Positions 1-9,479 are shown, counted from the first letter of the stretch. The stretch is DNA of 32,000 nucleotides from Promethearchaeota archaeon (GCA_048938295.1 JBHLMI010000001.1:59449-91448); one strand, 5' to 3'. Notes: generated by a model from the letters alone, not told the origin. Program-made: numbers and translations.

Positions 1-1
1 G

Positions 2-268
2 GATTGGACGCAACTGAGTGGTGAAGGAACCCTTCGTTCGTTTACGGTGATTCACATTGCTGGTACAAAGTATGCTAAGGATGTCCCGTATATTGTTGCC
101 ATCGTTGCGTTGAAGGAAGGGCCTTCGGTGTGTGCACGGTTGGTGGGTGTTGATCCTCTCAAACCCGAGGATATCCATGTCGGTGATCCTGTCATAGCTG
201 ATTTCGAAGAGATGCCGGGATCTACTTCAGAAGAGAAAGTAATGCGCCTGGTCTTTCGTCCTGCCTGA
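2..268 (+). CDS. DUF35-type Zn-ribbon/OB-fold protein, 5' truncated by window edge
   Basis: The frame is open from position 2 (DWTQLSGEGTLRSFTVIH...), followed by PYIVAIVALKEG...ARLVG...IHVGDPVIADF, the typical DUF35 C-terminal OB-fold pattern. Confidence 0.8.
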   Translation, partial: DWTQLSGEGTLRSFTVIHIAGTKYAKDVPYIVAIVALKEGPSVCARLVGVDPLKPEDIHVGDPVIADFEEMPGSTSEEKVMRLVFRPA

Positions 269-295
269 GATGCTTCTTTACGATTTGAGTATTTA

Positions 296-1624
296 CTAGT
301 TCTTAACCCCTAAATAGCGGAGCGTGGAAAGTGCGACGACTTTGGTCACTTTGACCAAATCGTCTATCGCGATATTTTCATCGGAGGTATGCGCAGAAGT
401 CATGATCCCTGGGCCATACACCACTGTGGATTCAATTCCCGCACGACGGAGCAGTCGACCATCCGTGGCATAGGGAACAAGGAAGTACACTGAGGGACCA
501 GTGATTTCGGTTGACGCGTTAAACACCGTTGTCACAAATGGGTTTTGTGTGTAATTGGGCACTGAATTTCCTTCAAAGGACTCGATGATTTTAATGTCGC
601 AGTTGTCTCCAATGTCTTGTTGTTGTGCGTGTTTGTGTATGAAATCTACCATCTCTTGGGGCTTTTGACCGGGTAAAATTCGGAAATCTAGCTGCGCTTC
701 ACAACGGTCTGGAACTATGTTTGGAGCCACTCCACCAGTAATAGTTCCGATATTCATGGTCGTTGTAGTAAGTCCTTCGATTCCAGCTGCCAATGGATTA
801 GGCTCATCTCCCTGAAAGATAAAGGATTCTAGCAGTTTTGGTTCTGTGTTCAAGCTAGCTGCGAACTGGGCAATAATCGCTTCACGGGTAACCGGAGGAG
901 GTATCGTGGGCAGTTTTTCGGTTTGTAGCGATTTAAGCAGCTTCATCATCATAGTGATCGCATTCTTGCCTGCTGCTGGAATACTGCCATGAGCCTTCTC
1001 TCCTTTGGTGGTTATTTTCAGCCAAACTGGTCCTTTTTCTCCAATATTCACTGCATACCCAAGACGGCCAATACCTGAAGGTTCTGCGACGAGCGCTGCG
1101 TTGGCTTTAATTTTTTTCCAGGCTTTGTCAATGCACCACATTGTTCCTAATCGCCCTTGCCGTTCTTCATCCCCCACGGCATTAAGAATCAGAGTTCCCT
1201 TCAACGGCACCTCTAAATCATGAAGTGCACTCATCGCTATCGTTAGGCAGGCTACTCCGCCTTTCATATCCACGGCTCCCCGTCCATAAATGTGACCGTC
1301 ACGGATTTCCGCTGCAAAGGGTTCCACTGTCCAATCTTCTCCCGGCGGAACGACATCGACATGACCATTGAACAGCATGCGCTTCCCCTTGTTCGCTTCC
1401 CAGGTGGCGATGAGATTATCGATGTTCCGGTGTGAAGAAATATATTCGGTAGCTATCCCACGCTTTTCCAGCGTTTTACCGACACAATGTGCCACTTCCG
1501 CCTCTCCACGCGTTTGCCGGTCCCAACTTGGAATCCGAATCATATCCTGACATAATCGAACCAGTTCATCTTGCAGCTCATCAATATAGTTGAGAATTTT
1601 TTGCTCCCAGTCTTCTGCTGTCAT
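296..1624 (-). CDS. M20A family metallopeptidase/deacylase (ArgE/DapE-like)
   Basis: Metal-binding motifs LFNGHVDVVP, GRGAVDMKGG, GDEE, VAEPS, AHGS and AHTSDE; 442 aa. Confidence 0.9.
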   Translation of the reverse strand: MTAEDWEQKILNYIDELQDELVRLCQDMIRIPSWDRQTRGEAEVAHCVGKTLEKRGIATEYISSHRNIDNLIATWEANKGKRMLFNGHVDVVPPGEDWTVEPFAAEIRDGHIYGRGAVDMKGGVACLTIAMSALHDLEVPLKGTLILNAVGDEERQGRLGTMWCIDKAWKKIKANAALVAEPSGIGRLGYAVNIGEKGPVWLKITTKGEKAHGSIPAAGKNAITMMMKLLKSLQTEKLPTIPPPVTREAIIAQFAASLNTEPKLLESFIFQGDEPNPLAAGIEGLTTTTMNIGTITGGVAPNIVPDRCEAQLDFRILPGQKPQEMVDFIHKHAQQQDIGDNCDIKIIESFEGNSVPNYTQNPFVTTVFNASTEITGPSVYFLVPYATDGRLLRRAGIESTVVYGPGIMTSAHTSDENIAIDDLVKVTKVVALSTLRYLGVKN

Positions 1625-1689
1625 TGGAACACCCTACGAGCATAGTCTAGTTCCTAATGCAAAAACATTGAGGGTGTTCGAGGATAGAA

Positions 1690-1706
1690 CCAAATATATT
1701 ATACTA
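1690..1706. promoter_or_regulatory. TATA-like AT-rich element in the divergent M20/citG intergenic region
   Basis: AAATATATTATA lies in the 120-bp gap between divergent starts at 1624 and 1745. Confidence 0.4.
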
Positions 1707-1744
1707 GGCAGACTCTCTATCTCTTAGCCGGAGATCTCATCTTT

Positions 1745-2728
1745 ATGCCTCAGGAGATAAATGTCGAAGAGTGGCTTTGCAGCATCTCAGAGAAAGCCCA
1801 ACTGGCTATGCTCTTAGACATTCTCACTCCCAAACCTGGTAATGTACACCGATACAAGGACCACCATGATACGAGACTCGTTCATTTTGCGGCTAGTATC
1901 GCACGGTTAGCCCACCCAATCTATCAGGCAGCACGTTGGGGCTATCAACGCAACCAATCGTTGCAAGGTCCCTCGAAATTGGGAGAATTAAACAAACTCG
2001 CGCTACAGGCCTCAATGAAACCCCATAGGAAAAATACACTCCTTGGGACCATCCTTCTCATTATCCCCCTTACTGTGGCTGCAGGTTATGAAATTCCACG
2101 TCCCAACTGGTCACCATCAACCATTCGCCAAAGCCTTTCGCAAATCCTTTATCAGTCCTCAATCGATGACGCCCTAGAACTCATTCGCACCCTCCAAATC
2201 GCTAATCCAGGAGGAGCAAAACCGAAGACGCCTCAATGGACTGAGGAATCCCAAGCCTTCGATTTCCAATCTCCACGAACAATCGAACTAATTCGTCGCG
2301 AGAAATACACCCTCATTGATTTACAGTCCCTGGCTGCACCCTTTGACGCTATAGCTGAAGAATACACCACAGATTTCGGTTATATCTTCGATCAATTATA
2401 TCCAAGGTTCCTTGAGGCGTTAAACCAGCACTCCCGTGTCGAAGACGCAGTTCTCATTTCCTATCTTTGGGCACTGGGTCAACGTCCTGATACCTTCATC
2501 CAACGCAAGGCTGGACCCGACGCGGCCCAGCAAGTCACAAAAGAAGCGCATAAACTCCATAACCGAATCCTCCATTTACCAGAGGACCACTGGCAGAAAG
2601 AACTCAATGTCTTTGATGATTACCTACGATCCCAAGGCTCTCGACTTAACCCAGGTACGACGGCGGATCTCATCTCAGCAGCAGTTTTTCTTGCCCTTTT
2701 ACTTGATAGACTCAAGCTAATTTTCTAG
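1745..2728 (+). CDS. citG: Triphosphoribosyl-dephospho-CoA synthase-like protein (archaeal CitG family)
   Basis: TPKPGNVHR...D, NTLLGTILL..PL, DTFIQRK.G and the C-terminal NPGTTADL motif. Confidence 0.85.
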   Translation: MPQEINVEEWLCSISEKAQLAMLLDILTPKPGNVHRYKDHHDTRLVHFAASIARLAHPIYQAARWGYQRNQSLQGPSKLGELNKLALQASMKPHRKNTLLGTILLIIPLTVAAGYEIPRPNWSPSTIRQSLSQILYQSSIDDALELIRTLQIANPGGAKPKTPQWTEESQAFDFQSPRTIELIRREKYTLIDLQSLAAPFDAIAEEYTTDFGYIFDQLYPRFLEALNQHSRVEDAVLISYLWALGQRPDTFIQRKAGPDAAQQVTKEAHKLHNRILHLPEDHWQKELNVFDDYLRSQGSRLNPGTTADLISAAVFLALLLDRLKLIF

Positions 2729-2775
2729 CCAACACATTAAGGACTGGACCACCAAAGAATGCGTGGTACGGTAAG

Positions 2776-4260
2776 TCAAGGCTCCCATTTGAAGGGGTGT
2801 TTTGCATATTCTTTATCAGAGAGGAGTTCATCGATGCTCGGGCGTCCTTCGATGGCACGGCGGAGGGCATGACGCATTGCCTTGTAGTTGTTAATGAGGA
2901 TGCGTTTCCGATCCACTGCTGTTGGATGCACAAAGACGGTTGCGACAATCAGTAATTGGTCCACAGCGGATTTGGGGATGAGTCCTTCTTCAACCGAATC
3001 CATCACCGCTTTGGCACATCCGGTTTGAGCTGGACCACCGAATAAGCTAGCCTGGTGCATGCTCCGATTAGCTACTGTTGGTACAAGGAGGGTTTCAGGT
3101 TTGACCATAAGATTGGGTTCGAGAATAGCGAGAAGGGGTTCCATGCGTTCCTTCGGTGCCGCTTTTGCCTGGGCAAAGGCATATCCTACAGGGCCATCCT
3201 TGCGTCCAATCATTAGGTCGATATGGGCGACTTCAGCACCAGACCCAGCAAGTCCTTCTCCAACCTTAATGGAGAAGTCTTTGATGTACTCGGGTGTGAA
3301 CCCGATGACGCCGAATCGCGCTTCTAGAGGCTCTTTGGGTTCTACTTCGATTTTCACCGGTTGGCGGTCGATTTTTCCAAGCTTCTCTAGTTCAATGCGG
3401 ATTTCCTCACGGTTTTCGTAGGTGAGAACTCCGCCAAACGTTAAGGGGAGTCGAGGCTTACCCACCGAGACACCCATCATATTCAATCCCGCCTTTGTAC
3501 CTGCAGCTCCGGATCCCACAATTAATCGTGTGAGTTTCTGGACCTTGAGCTGCAAAGCCACAGCTTCTGAATATTTTTTGGCTTGCACTTTCTGCAACAT
3601 ATCGAGCCAGATGTCCCCAATGAGTTGTGCGCTAGCCAGAATCGCTCCTGAACACCCTGAAGCGAGGGCTGGAAACACGACCTCGTCATGGCCGACTAGC
3701 ACGTTAATCTTTGATCCGACTTTTTCCAAGACCGCAAGGATGAGTTTGAGTTGTCCACTGGAATCTTTGATGCCCACAATATTCTCCAGGTCGGCTAAGT
3801 CTTCAACGATTTGCCAGGGTATATCTAAACCCGTGCACTGGGGAATGTTGTAGAGGATAATTGGCAATCCCACCTCATTCACAAGACGATAATGTTCATA
3901 CAATCCACGCAACGTGGGACGCATATAGTAGGGAGTAACTACAAGGCAAGCGTCAGCCCCCGCTTTCTTGGCATACTCAACAAGTGTGATCGTTGTTTTC
4001 GTGCTACTGGCACCAGCACCTGCAATGACGGGGACCTTTCCCGCTGCCTCCTCTATGGCAAGCTTGACCACGTGTTTATGTTCTTCAATAGTCAAGCTAG
4101 TGAACTCGCCGGTTGTTCCTGCTGGGACAAGGCCGGTGATTCCTAGCTTGTCAATGCAATGGCGAATCAGCCTGCGAAATGCAGTTTCATCAACCTTTGC
4201 ACCATCCTTTGTGAATGGGGTAACGAGTGCGGGGTTTACCCCACCTGGTTTAAATCCCAT
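2776..4260 (-). CDS. fae: Fusion of a DapA-family class I aldolase (aa ~1-297) and formaldehyde-activating enzyme Fae (aa ~330-494)
   Basis: N-domain: TPF, GTTGEF, TPYY, LYNIP and the Schiff-base GIKDSSG (K165). C-domain: VGEGLAG..AEVAHIDLMIG (H346), PNLMVKP.TLLVP, AQ..CAKAVMDSVEEG.IP, VFVHP. GGAGAG RBS upstream. Confidence 0.9.
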   Translation of the reverse strand: MGFKPGGVNPALVTPFTKDGAKVDETAFRRLIRHCIDKLGITGLVPAGTTGEFTSLTIEEHKHVVKLAIEEAAGKVPVIAGAGASSTKTTITLVEYAKKAGADACLVVTPYYMRPTLRGLYEHYRLVNEVGLPIILYNIPQCTGLDIPWQIVEDLADLENIVGIKDSSGQLKLILAVLEKVGSKINVLVGHDEVVFPALASGCSGAILASAQLIGDIWLDMLQKVQAKKYSEAVALQLKVQKLTRLIVGSGAAGTKAGLNMMGVSVGKPRLPLTFGGVLTYENREEIRIELEKLGKIDRQPVKIEVEPKEPLEARFGVIGFTPEYIKDFSIKVGEGLAGSGAEVAHIDLMIGRKDGPVGYAFAQAKAAPKERMEPLLAILEPNLMVKPETLLVPTVANRSMHQASLFGGPAQTGCAKAVMDSVEEGLIPKSAVDQLLIVATVFVHPTAVDRKRILINNYKAMRHALRRAIEGRPSIDELLSDKEYAKHPFKWEP

Positions 4261-4284
4261 CTGGCAACTCTCCTATTTACTCGC

Positions 4285-5232
4285 TTAAGGCTGAGGAATG
4301 GCTAAATCCTTCGCCCCAAGCTTTGACAATTTCGCTTCTGGGTAATTATCTTGGATGAGGTTCCGAACGATTTCAGCCCACTTGACCTTTTCACGGGCTA
4401 GAAAACTGAGTCCATCAATCGATGACCAAGGTGTGTATAACGCCATACTGGGTCCGGGTTCAAATTTATAATAAACCGGCTGAACGCATCGGGTGATTTC
4501 CGCAGCTTCATAGAATCGATTGAAGCCTCCAAAGCTGGGCATCAACATGATGTGGATGTCAATGGGTAGGTTAGTGGCTTGACGGATAGCGGCAAGTTGG
4601 GGAACTGTCATGTCAGCAACGGGGTTGAAGCTCCCTGCCCCTAGTTGTTCAAGCAGTTTGCCTCCTGCTGGGGAGGCGTGACCTGCGAAGATGCTGACTT
4701 TGAAGGTGATGTCCTTGGGGATTTCTCCAATCTCTTTGAGTTTGTTCAGCGCCCATAGGAGTCCTTCGTCAATCACTAAGAACCCGCGGAAACCTAAGTT
4801 AATTCCACGTTTGATATCGGATATCACTTCTACAAGTTTATCGGCACCTCGAAATCGCATACCTGAAATAACTCCGTCTGAGGTTACGAGTTGTCGACCA
4901 ATATCCCAGCTTGTTCGGGGACCAGGGGTTAGGATGACTTCCATTTGTGCGTCATGCGCTAGTTGGGCAAATTTCTTGAGTTCCTTATCATCAAGCAGAG
5001 TGGCTCCCATCACCACACTGATAAGCCGGTGCACTGGCACATCTCGCTTATCAGATTCATCGATCAGTGCTTCTAAGACCTCTGGGCGTTCAACGCCAGA
5101 GATTTCAATACGATAGCCGGCTCCATCTGGAAACCGCTTTTCGCTTGTCGGCAGATCATATGCATCTTGTCCGGGTAGCCCAATTTTTTCAAGAGCTTTC
5201 CGGACTTTTTCATAAGATTTCAAACTCACCAT
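4285..5232 (-). CDS. U32-peptidase-like TIM-barrel protein of unknown function
   Basis: LEQLGAGSFNP..DMTVPQLAAIRQATNLPIDIHI resembles the U32 barrel segment. It has only one Cys and ends 24 bp upstream of the dapA-fae start. Confidence 0.55.
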   Translation of the reverse strand: MVSLKSYEKVRKALEKIGLPGQDAYDLPTSEKRFPDGAGYRIEISGVERPEVLEALIDESDKRDVPVHRLISVVMGATLLDDKELKKFAQLAHDAQMEVILTPGPRTSWDIGRQLVTSDGVISGMRFRGADKLVEVISDIKRGINLGFRGFLVIDEGLLWALNKLKEIGEIPKDITFKVSIFAGHASPAGGKLLEQLGAGSFNPVADMTVPQLAAIRQATNLPIDIHIMLMPSFGGFNRFYEAAEITRCVQPVYYKFEPGPSMALYTPWSSIDGLSFLAREKVKWAEIVRNLIQDNYPEAKLSKLGAKDLAIPQP

Positions 5233-5458
5233 GAGGAGTCCCTCGGATAGGTGGGTTTTGCTTGTTGCTGTTTAAAAAAGGTTGAGCTTGTTGCGTTACG
5301 GGAGCTTTTTTCAATCCATATGGGAAAGCATACACGGCTCTGTCTACATGGCTATCTTAAACCCGCCGAGACCTCCGAATTGGAGTTGCGAGGAAAGTGG
5401 GTTCAGTCAAGACGGAGCCACACCTCTTCCTTAATCCGCCGTATTCGAGTTGTATGTC

Positions 5459-6595
5459 ATGGAGATTACAAATCTTATCACACCGGCACTGCTCATTGAT
5501 AAAACCAAACTTCTGCGAAACATTCAGCTGATGGCTGAAAAAGCGCAACGAAATGGGGTTCAACTTCGACCACATATCAAAACCCACAAATGTATAGAAC
5601 TCGCCAATCTCCAAACCGAATATGGTGCAGCCGGCCTCACTGTGTCCACATTAGGACAGGCTGCAGTCTTCATAGACAACGGGTTCTCAGACATCACCTT
5701 AGCTTATCCTATCATTCCAGACAAATTCCCGGCTCTGCTCGAATTAGCTCAAAGAGCTCGGATAAATGTGGTCACAGATCACCCGGTCATTGCAACTCAA
5801 CTTGAAGCCCAGTGTATTGCCGCAGACATTAGGCTTAATGTGCTAATCAAAATCGACTGTGGGTACCATCGATGTGGAGTCGACCCCAAGGGTCCAATGG
5901 CACTCAAACTCACCAAGCAAATCGCTGATGCTTCCCATCTCAGCTTCGGAGGAATTCTAACTCATGCAGGCCATGCGTATCATGCCCGTTCGCAAGAGGA
6001 AATCAAAACCATAGCAGACATTGAACAAGAAGTGATGCTTCAATTTACGAAAACACTCCAAGCAAACGGACTAGCCCCTGAAACCGTATCAATCGGTTCT
6101 ACTCCTACTGCGATGCAGGCCCCCAACTTCAAAACGGGAATAACTGAAATTCGCCCTGGAAACTATGTCTTCTTTGATAATACACAAGCCTTACTTGGCT
6201 CCTGTTCACTGGCAGATTGCGCACTCACAGTATTAACAAGTGTGGTAAGTGTCCAGGATTCACATATCGTCGTTGATGCAGGCGCTACTGCACTCTCAAA
6301 GGATGCAGGAGCCACGCAAATTCCTACACATCGAGGATACGGAATCGTTCTCAAGCTTGGAGATGAATTCAAACCAACTGCAGCTCAAATCACTCAGCTC
6401 TCCCAAGAACATGGCCAAATAAAGTTCCCCCATTCCCCCCATCCCTCCTACACGCCTGGGGATCAACTACGGATAATCCCAAACCATTCTTGTCTCACTA
6501 CCAACCTTTTTGACCAATATTACATCATCGAAAACAATCGCGTCATCACTACGTGGCCTATACACCGCAACCGGCTCCACTCTCCGCTAGCCTAA
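5459..6595 (+). CDS. Fold-type III PLP enzyme, D-serine dehydratase (DSD1)/D-threonine aldolase family
   Basis: TPALLID, LRPHIKTHK (PLP Lys), THAGHAY, GSTPT, EIRPGNYVFFD, LSQEHG and PNHSC (metal ligands). ATG 5459 preferred over TTG 5450. Confidence 0.88.
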   Translation: MEITNLITPALLIDKTKLLRNIQLMAEKAQRNGVQLRPHIKTHKCIELANLQTEYGAAGLTVSTLGQAAVFIDNGFSDITLAYPIIPDKFPALLELAQRARINVVTDHPVIATQLEAQCIAADIRLNVLIKIDCGYHRCGVDPKGPMALKLTKQIADASHLSFGGILTHAGHAYHARSQEEIKTIADIEQEVMLQFTKTLQANGLAPETVSIGSTPTAMQAPNFKTGITEIRPGNYVFFDNTQALLGSCSLADCALTVLTSVVSVQDSHIVVDAGATALSKDAGATQIPTHRGYGIVLKLGDEFKPTAAQITQLSQEHGQIKFPHSPHPSYTPGDQLRIIPNHSCLTTNLFDQYYIIENNRVITTWPIHRNRLHSPLA

Positions 6596-6612
6596 ATCAA
6601 ATCCAAGGAAGC

Positions 6613-7563
6613 GTGACTAAAATAAAACAAACTGTGAACCCTCCCCCCTCGTTACAAGAACGCTTCCAAATACTACTTGGCGATGAATATCCACAATTCC
6701 TTGGTGCGATATCAAAACCACCTGCGCATTTCGTCCGAATCAATACTCTGAAAACAAATATCAAGGCAGGTCTTGAGAAACTAAAGCAACTCGACATCAC
6801 CTACTCACCACTCCCTTGGTACCCAGCGGGATTTCGGATAACAGGAAACCATAAACCCATCCCATCCATCAAAGAATATTCTCTTGGATGGTACTACATC
6901 CAAGAAGGCGGAAGTATGCTCCCCCCCGTCGTTCTCAACCCACAATCCCATGATTCTGTCCTCGACATGTGTGCTGCTCCCGGTTCAAAAACAACACAAA
7001 TGGCCCAAATGATGAACAATAAAGGCGCCATTATCGCCAATGACCGATCCTTCCGCCGCCTAACCAGTCTGGGACACAATATTCAAGTCTGTGGAGTTAT
7101 CAACACCATCACACTATGTCAGGATGGACGTCATCTTTCAACCCGACTCCCGCTTCAGTTTGACCGAATCTTAGTTGATGTACCCTGTACTGCTTCAGGG
7201 CGTTTTCGGAGTAACCCGCCACAATTTGAAGTTCCAGACCTACGACGCATCCTTGGAATACAAAGCATACAAAAAGGTCTGCTAACCGCGGGATTTCGTC
7301 TCCTCAACCCGGGAGGCTCACTAGTCTATTCCACCTGTAGTATACACCCTGAAGAAAATGAAGCAGTGGTTGACCATCTGCTTAGCAGTTCATCTGACGC
7401 TGTCTTAGAACTCCCTCAACTTTCTAACTTGCACAGCCACCCCGGAATCACACAATGGACTGAGACCCATTTTTCAAAAAAGCTCACTACATGTTTACGC
7501 ATCTACCCACACGATAATGACACTGACAGCTTTTTCATAGCCCTATTAAGGAAAGAAGCATGA
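6613..7563 (+). CDS. RsmB/NOP2/RsmF-family RNA m5C methyltransferase
   Basis: YIQEGGSM, VLDMCAAPGSKT, DRILVDVPCTASG and YSTCSIHPEENE (both catalytic Cys). Start uncertain: GTG 6613 chosen over 6553, which would overlap the upstream gene. Confidence 0.9.
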   Translation: MTKIKQTVNPPPSLQERFQILLGDEYPQFLGAISKPPAHFVRINTLKTNIKAGLEKLKQLDITYSPLPWYPAGFRITGNHKPIPSIKEYSLGWYYIQEGGSMLPPVVLNPQSHDSVLDMCAAPGSKTTQMAQMMNNKGAIIANDRSFRRLTSLGHNIQVCGVINTITLCQDGRHLSTRLPLQFDRILVDVPCTASGRFRSNPPQFEVPDLRRILGIQSIQKGLLTAGFRLLNPGGSLVYSTCSIHPEENEAVVDHLLSSSSDAVLELPQLSNLHSHPGITQWTETHFSKKLTTCLRIYPHDNDTDSFFIALLRKEA

Positions 7564-8060
7564 TGTCACAAACAAAATCATTAACCGTGGATCTTGAAAG
7601 AGAAATCCAAGTCTGGCAACTGCTTAAGAAACAATTTGGCATCCCAAAACTTACAGGATATCGATTCTTGAAATCTGGGCAAAAACGCATCCGTCTAATC
7701 AGCGAAGCTGCCTTCAACCTTCTTTCCAAGCTTCCCTACACCGGAACAACAGGACTCTATATCGGTGAGTATTCACCGAATGCCTTTCGACTCTCAATGG
7801 ATGGTGCCCAGCTACTCGGACACCGTGCTACAAAACAGAAAGTGAAATTAACTGATGCCCAAGCTCAACAGTGGTTACAAGGGGAATCGATTAATTATGA
7901 AGACAAACAAAGAGGGTATGTAATCGTCGCTTACAACAACATAATCCTTGGATGCGGCAGTCTCTCTAAAGGTCTGCTTCGCAGCTTCGTTCCAAAAATC
8001 CGACGTCTCAAAACATCCGATTCGCTTCCTGGTGGAGTAAACACATGTCAGTTACCATAA
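7560..8060 (+). CDS. Nip7-like / RsmF C-terminal PUA-domain protein
   Basis: FGIP...GLYIG...FRLSMDGAQLLG...V.L...QAQQWLQGESI...GYVIVAY....LGCG...LRSFVPK; ATGA overlap with the methyltransferase. Confidence 0.7.
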   Translation: MMSQTKSLTVDLEREIQVWQLLKKQFGIPKLTGYRFLKSGQKRIRLISEAAFNLLSKLPYTGTTGLYIGEYSPNAFRLSMDGAQLLGHRATKQKVKLTDAQAQQWLQGESINYEDKQRGYVIVAYNNIILGCGSLSKGLLRSFVPKIRRLKTSDSLPGGVNTCQLP

Positions 8061-9412
8061 CCATTTACGGAGGCGCTGGAGAAATCGGCGCTAACAAAAT
8101 CCTAATCCATGATAAAGGCTACGATACGAAGTTCTTCCTCGACTTCGGAAAATCCTTTGAAACCATGCGCGAGTTCTACGATTTCCCTGTCGCTCCACAA
8201 TCTCTTGATGAGCTAATTCAAGTAGGTGGTACACCCGATATCCCAAACCTTTACCATCACCCCTCTAAGAATGACCTATCTGCTTCAGACATTGATGCCG
8301 TACTTCTCTCTCATGCGCACACAGATCATAGTGGCTATCTGCCATTACTCAATCGGAGCATTCCCATCCACATGGGGGAGTGCACTCGCACCATCTTTGA
8401 GGCTCGACTCCTGGGAACTCGAAAAACCTTTGACACAGACATTGAAGGACAAACCATCACAACCTTCCGCACAGGTGACCGAGTGAAAATCAATGGAGTC
8501 GAGATTCAACCAGTCCATGTGGATCATAGTATCCCCGCGGCCTATGGCTTCATCATCTACTGTTCAGAAATGACCGTTGTTTATACCGGCGATTTCCGTC
8601 GCCATGGCACGCTACCTCAGCTGACTGAAGATTTTGTTGAGACAATCCAAACGAGTGGACCACCCGATGTTATACTCTGCGAAGGCACGAACATCGTAAA
8701 AGCCGAACTAGCGACTGAGCAAGAAGTCCTCGAAAAAGTCACAACGATCGTTCAAGGCTGCAAGGGTCTCACGATAGCGGATTTCTCTGAACCGGACTTT
8801 GACCGGTTTCGCACCATGCTATCGGCTGGCACCAGTAACGACCGTAAACTGGTTCTTGAACCACGACGAATGTGGATACTGAACGCCATCAACCATTGCC
8901 GAGATCTACAGACCCCAAGCATCGCCAATGATACAGAAATTCTCTGGTTCGATGCCAAGAAAAAACGCATCTCGAAGTACGAAAAATTACTCCAAGATGC
9001 CGATCCACCGATCAAGAATCTTGATGAGCGTGCAATTACGGCAAAAGACCTTCATAAACAACCTAAGCGATACGTGTTCTGTAGTAGCTTTGGCAGTATC
9101 AGCACCATCCAAAAAATCAAACCACCTGAATCAGGTATCTATCTTCTGAGTGCATCTGAACCCTTCAATGAAGAGAGCGAACTCAGTTTCGATAAACTCC
9201 TAAATTGGCTCGCTCTTTCTGGACTAGCGATGTACAATGCCCATTGCTCCGGGCACATCCATCCTCTACAGCTTTGCCAGACGCTAGAGGAAATCCGACC
9301 TAAGACACTGGTTCCCATTCATACAGAAGCACCGGAGCTCTTCCAAAGGTTCATGAAAAGTACAGGAATTCCTGTACAAATCCCCCAAAAAGCCGTTCCT
9401 CTCAAATTCTAG
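8045..9412 (+). CDS. Metallo-beta-lactamase/beta-CASP ribonuclease (RNase J-like)
   Basis: YGGAGEIGANK, FLDFG, LSHAHTDH, VDHSIP.AYG, YTGDFR.HG, CEGT and C-terminal HCSGH. Confidence 0.8.
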   Translation: MSVTITIYGGAGEIGANKILIHDKGYDTKFFLDFGKSFETMREFYDFPVAPQSLDELIQVGGTPDIPNLYHHPSKNDLSASDIDAVLLSHAHTDHSGYLPLLNRSIPIHMGECTRTIFEARLLGTRKTFDTDIEGQTITTFRTGDRVKINGVEIQPVHVDHSIPAAYGFIIYCSEMTVVYTGDFRRHGTLPQLTEDFVETIQTSGPPDVILCEGTNIVKAELATEQEVLEKVTTIVQGCKGLTIADFSEPDFDRFRTMLSAGTSNDRKLVLEPRRMWILNAINHCRDLQTPSIANDTEILWFDAKKKRISKYEKLLQDADPPIKNLDERAITAKDLHKQPKRYVFCSSFGSISTIQKIKPPESGIYLLSASEPFNEESELSFDKLLNWLALSGLAMYNAHCSGHIHPLQLCQTLEEIRPKTLVPIHTEAPELFQRFMKSTGIPVQIPQKAVPLKF

Positions 9413-9479
9413 CCCTGAAACCATTTTTCTCTTATACCCGAAAGGGATTTTAGCAGGTTCGCAGGAACCACGCCTCATT

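Noticed and set aside
3059-4288. Plus-strand ORFs of 84-143 aa opposite dapA-fae
   Set aside because: Antisense shadows of a well-supported gene with no recognisable motifs.
5251-5614. Short ORFs in the U32/D-TA divergent intergenic region
   Set aside because: No motifs, and they overlap the starts or promoters of supported genes.
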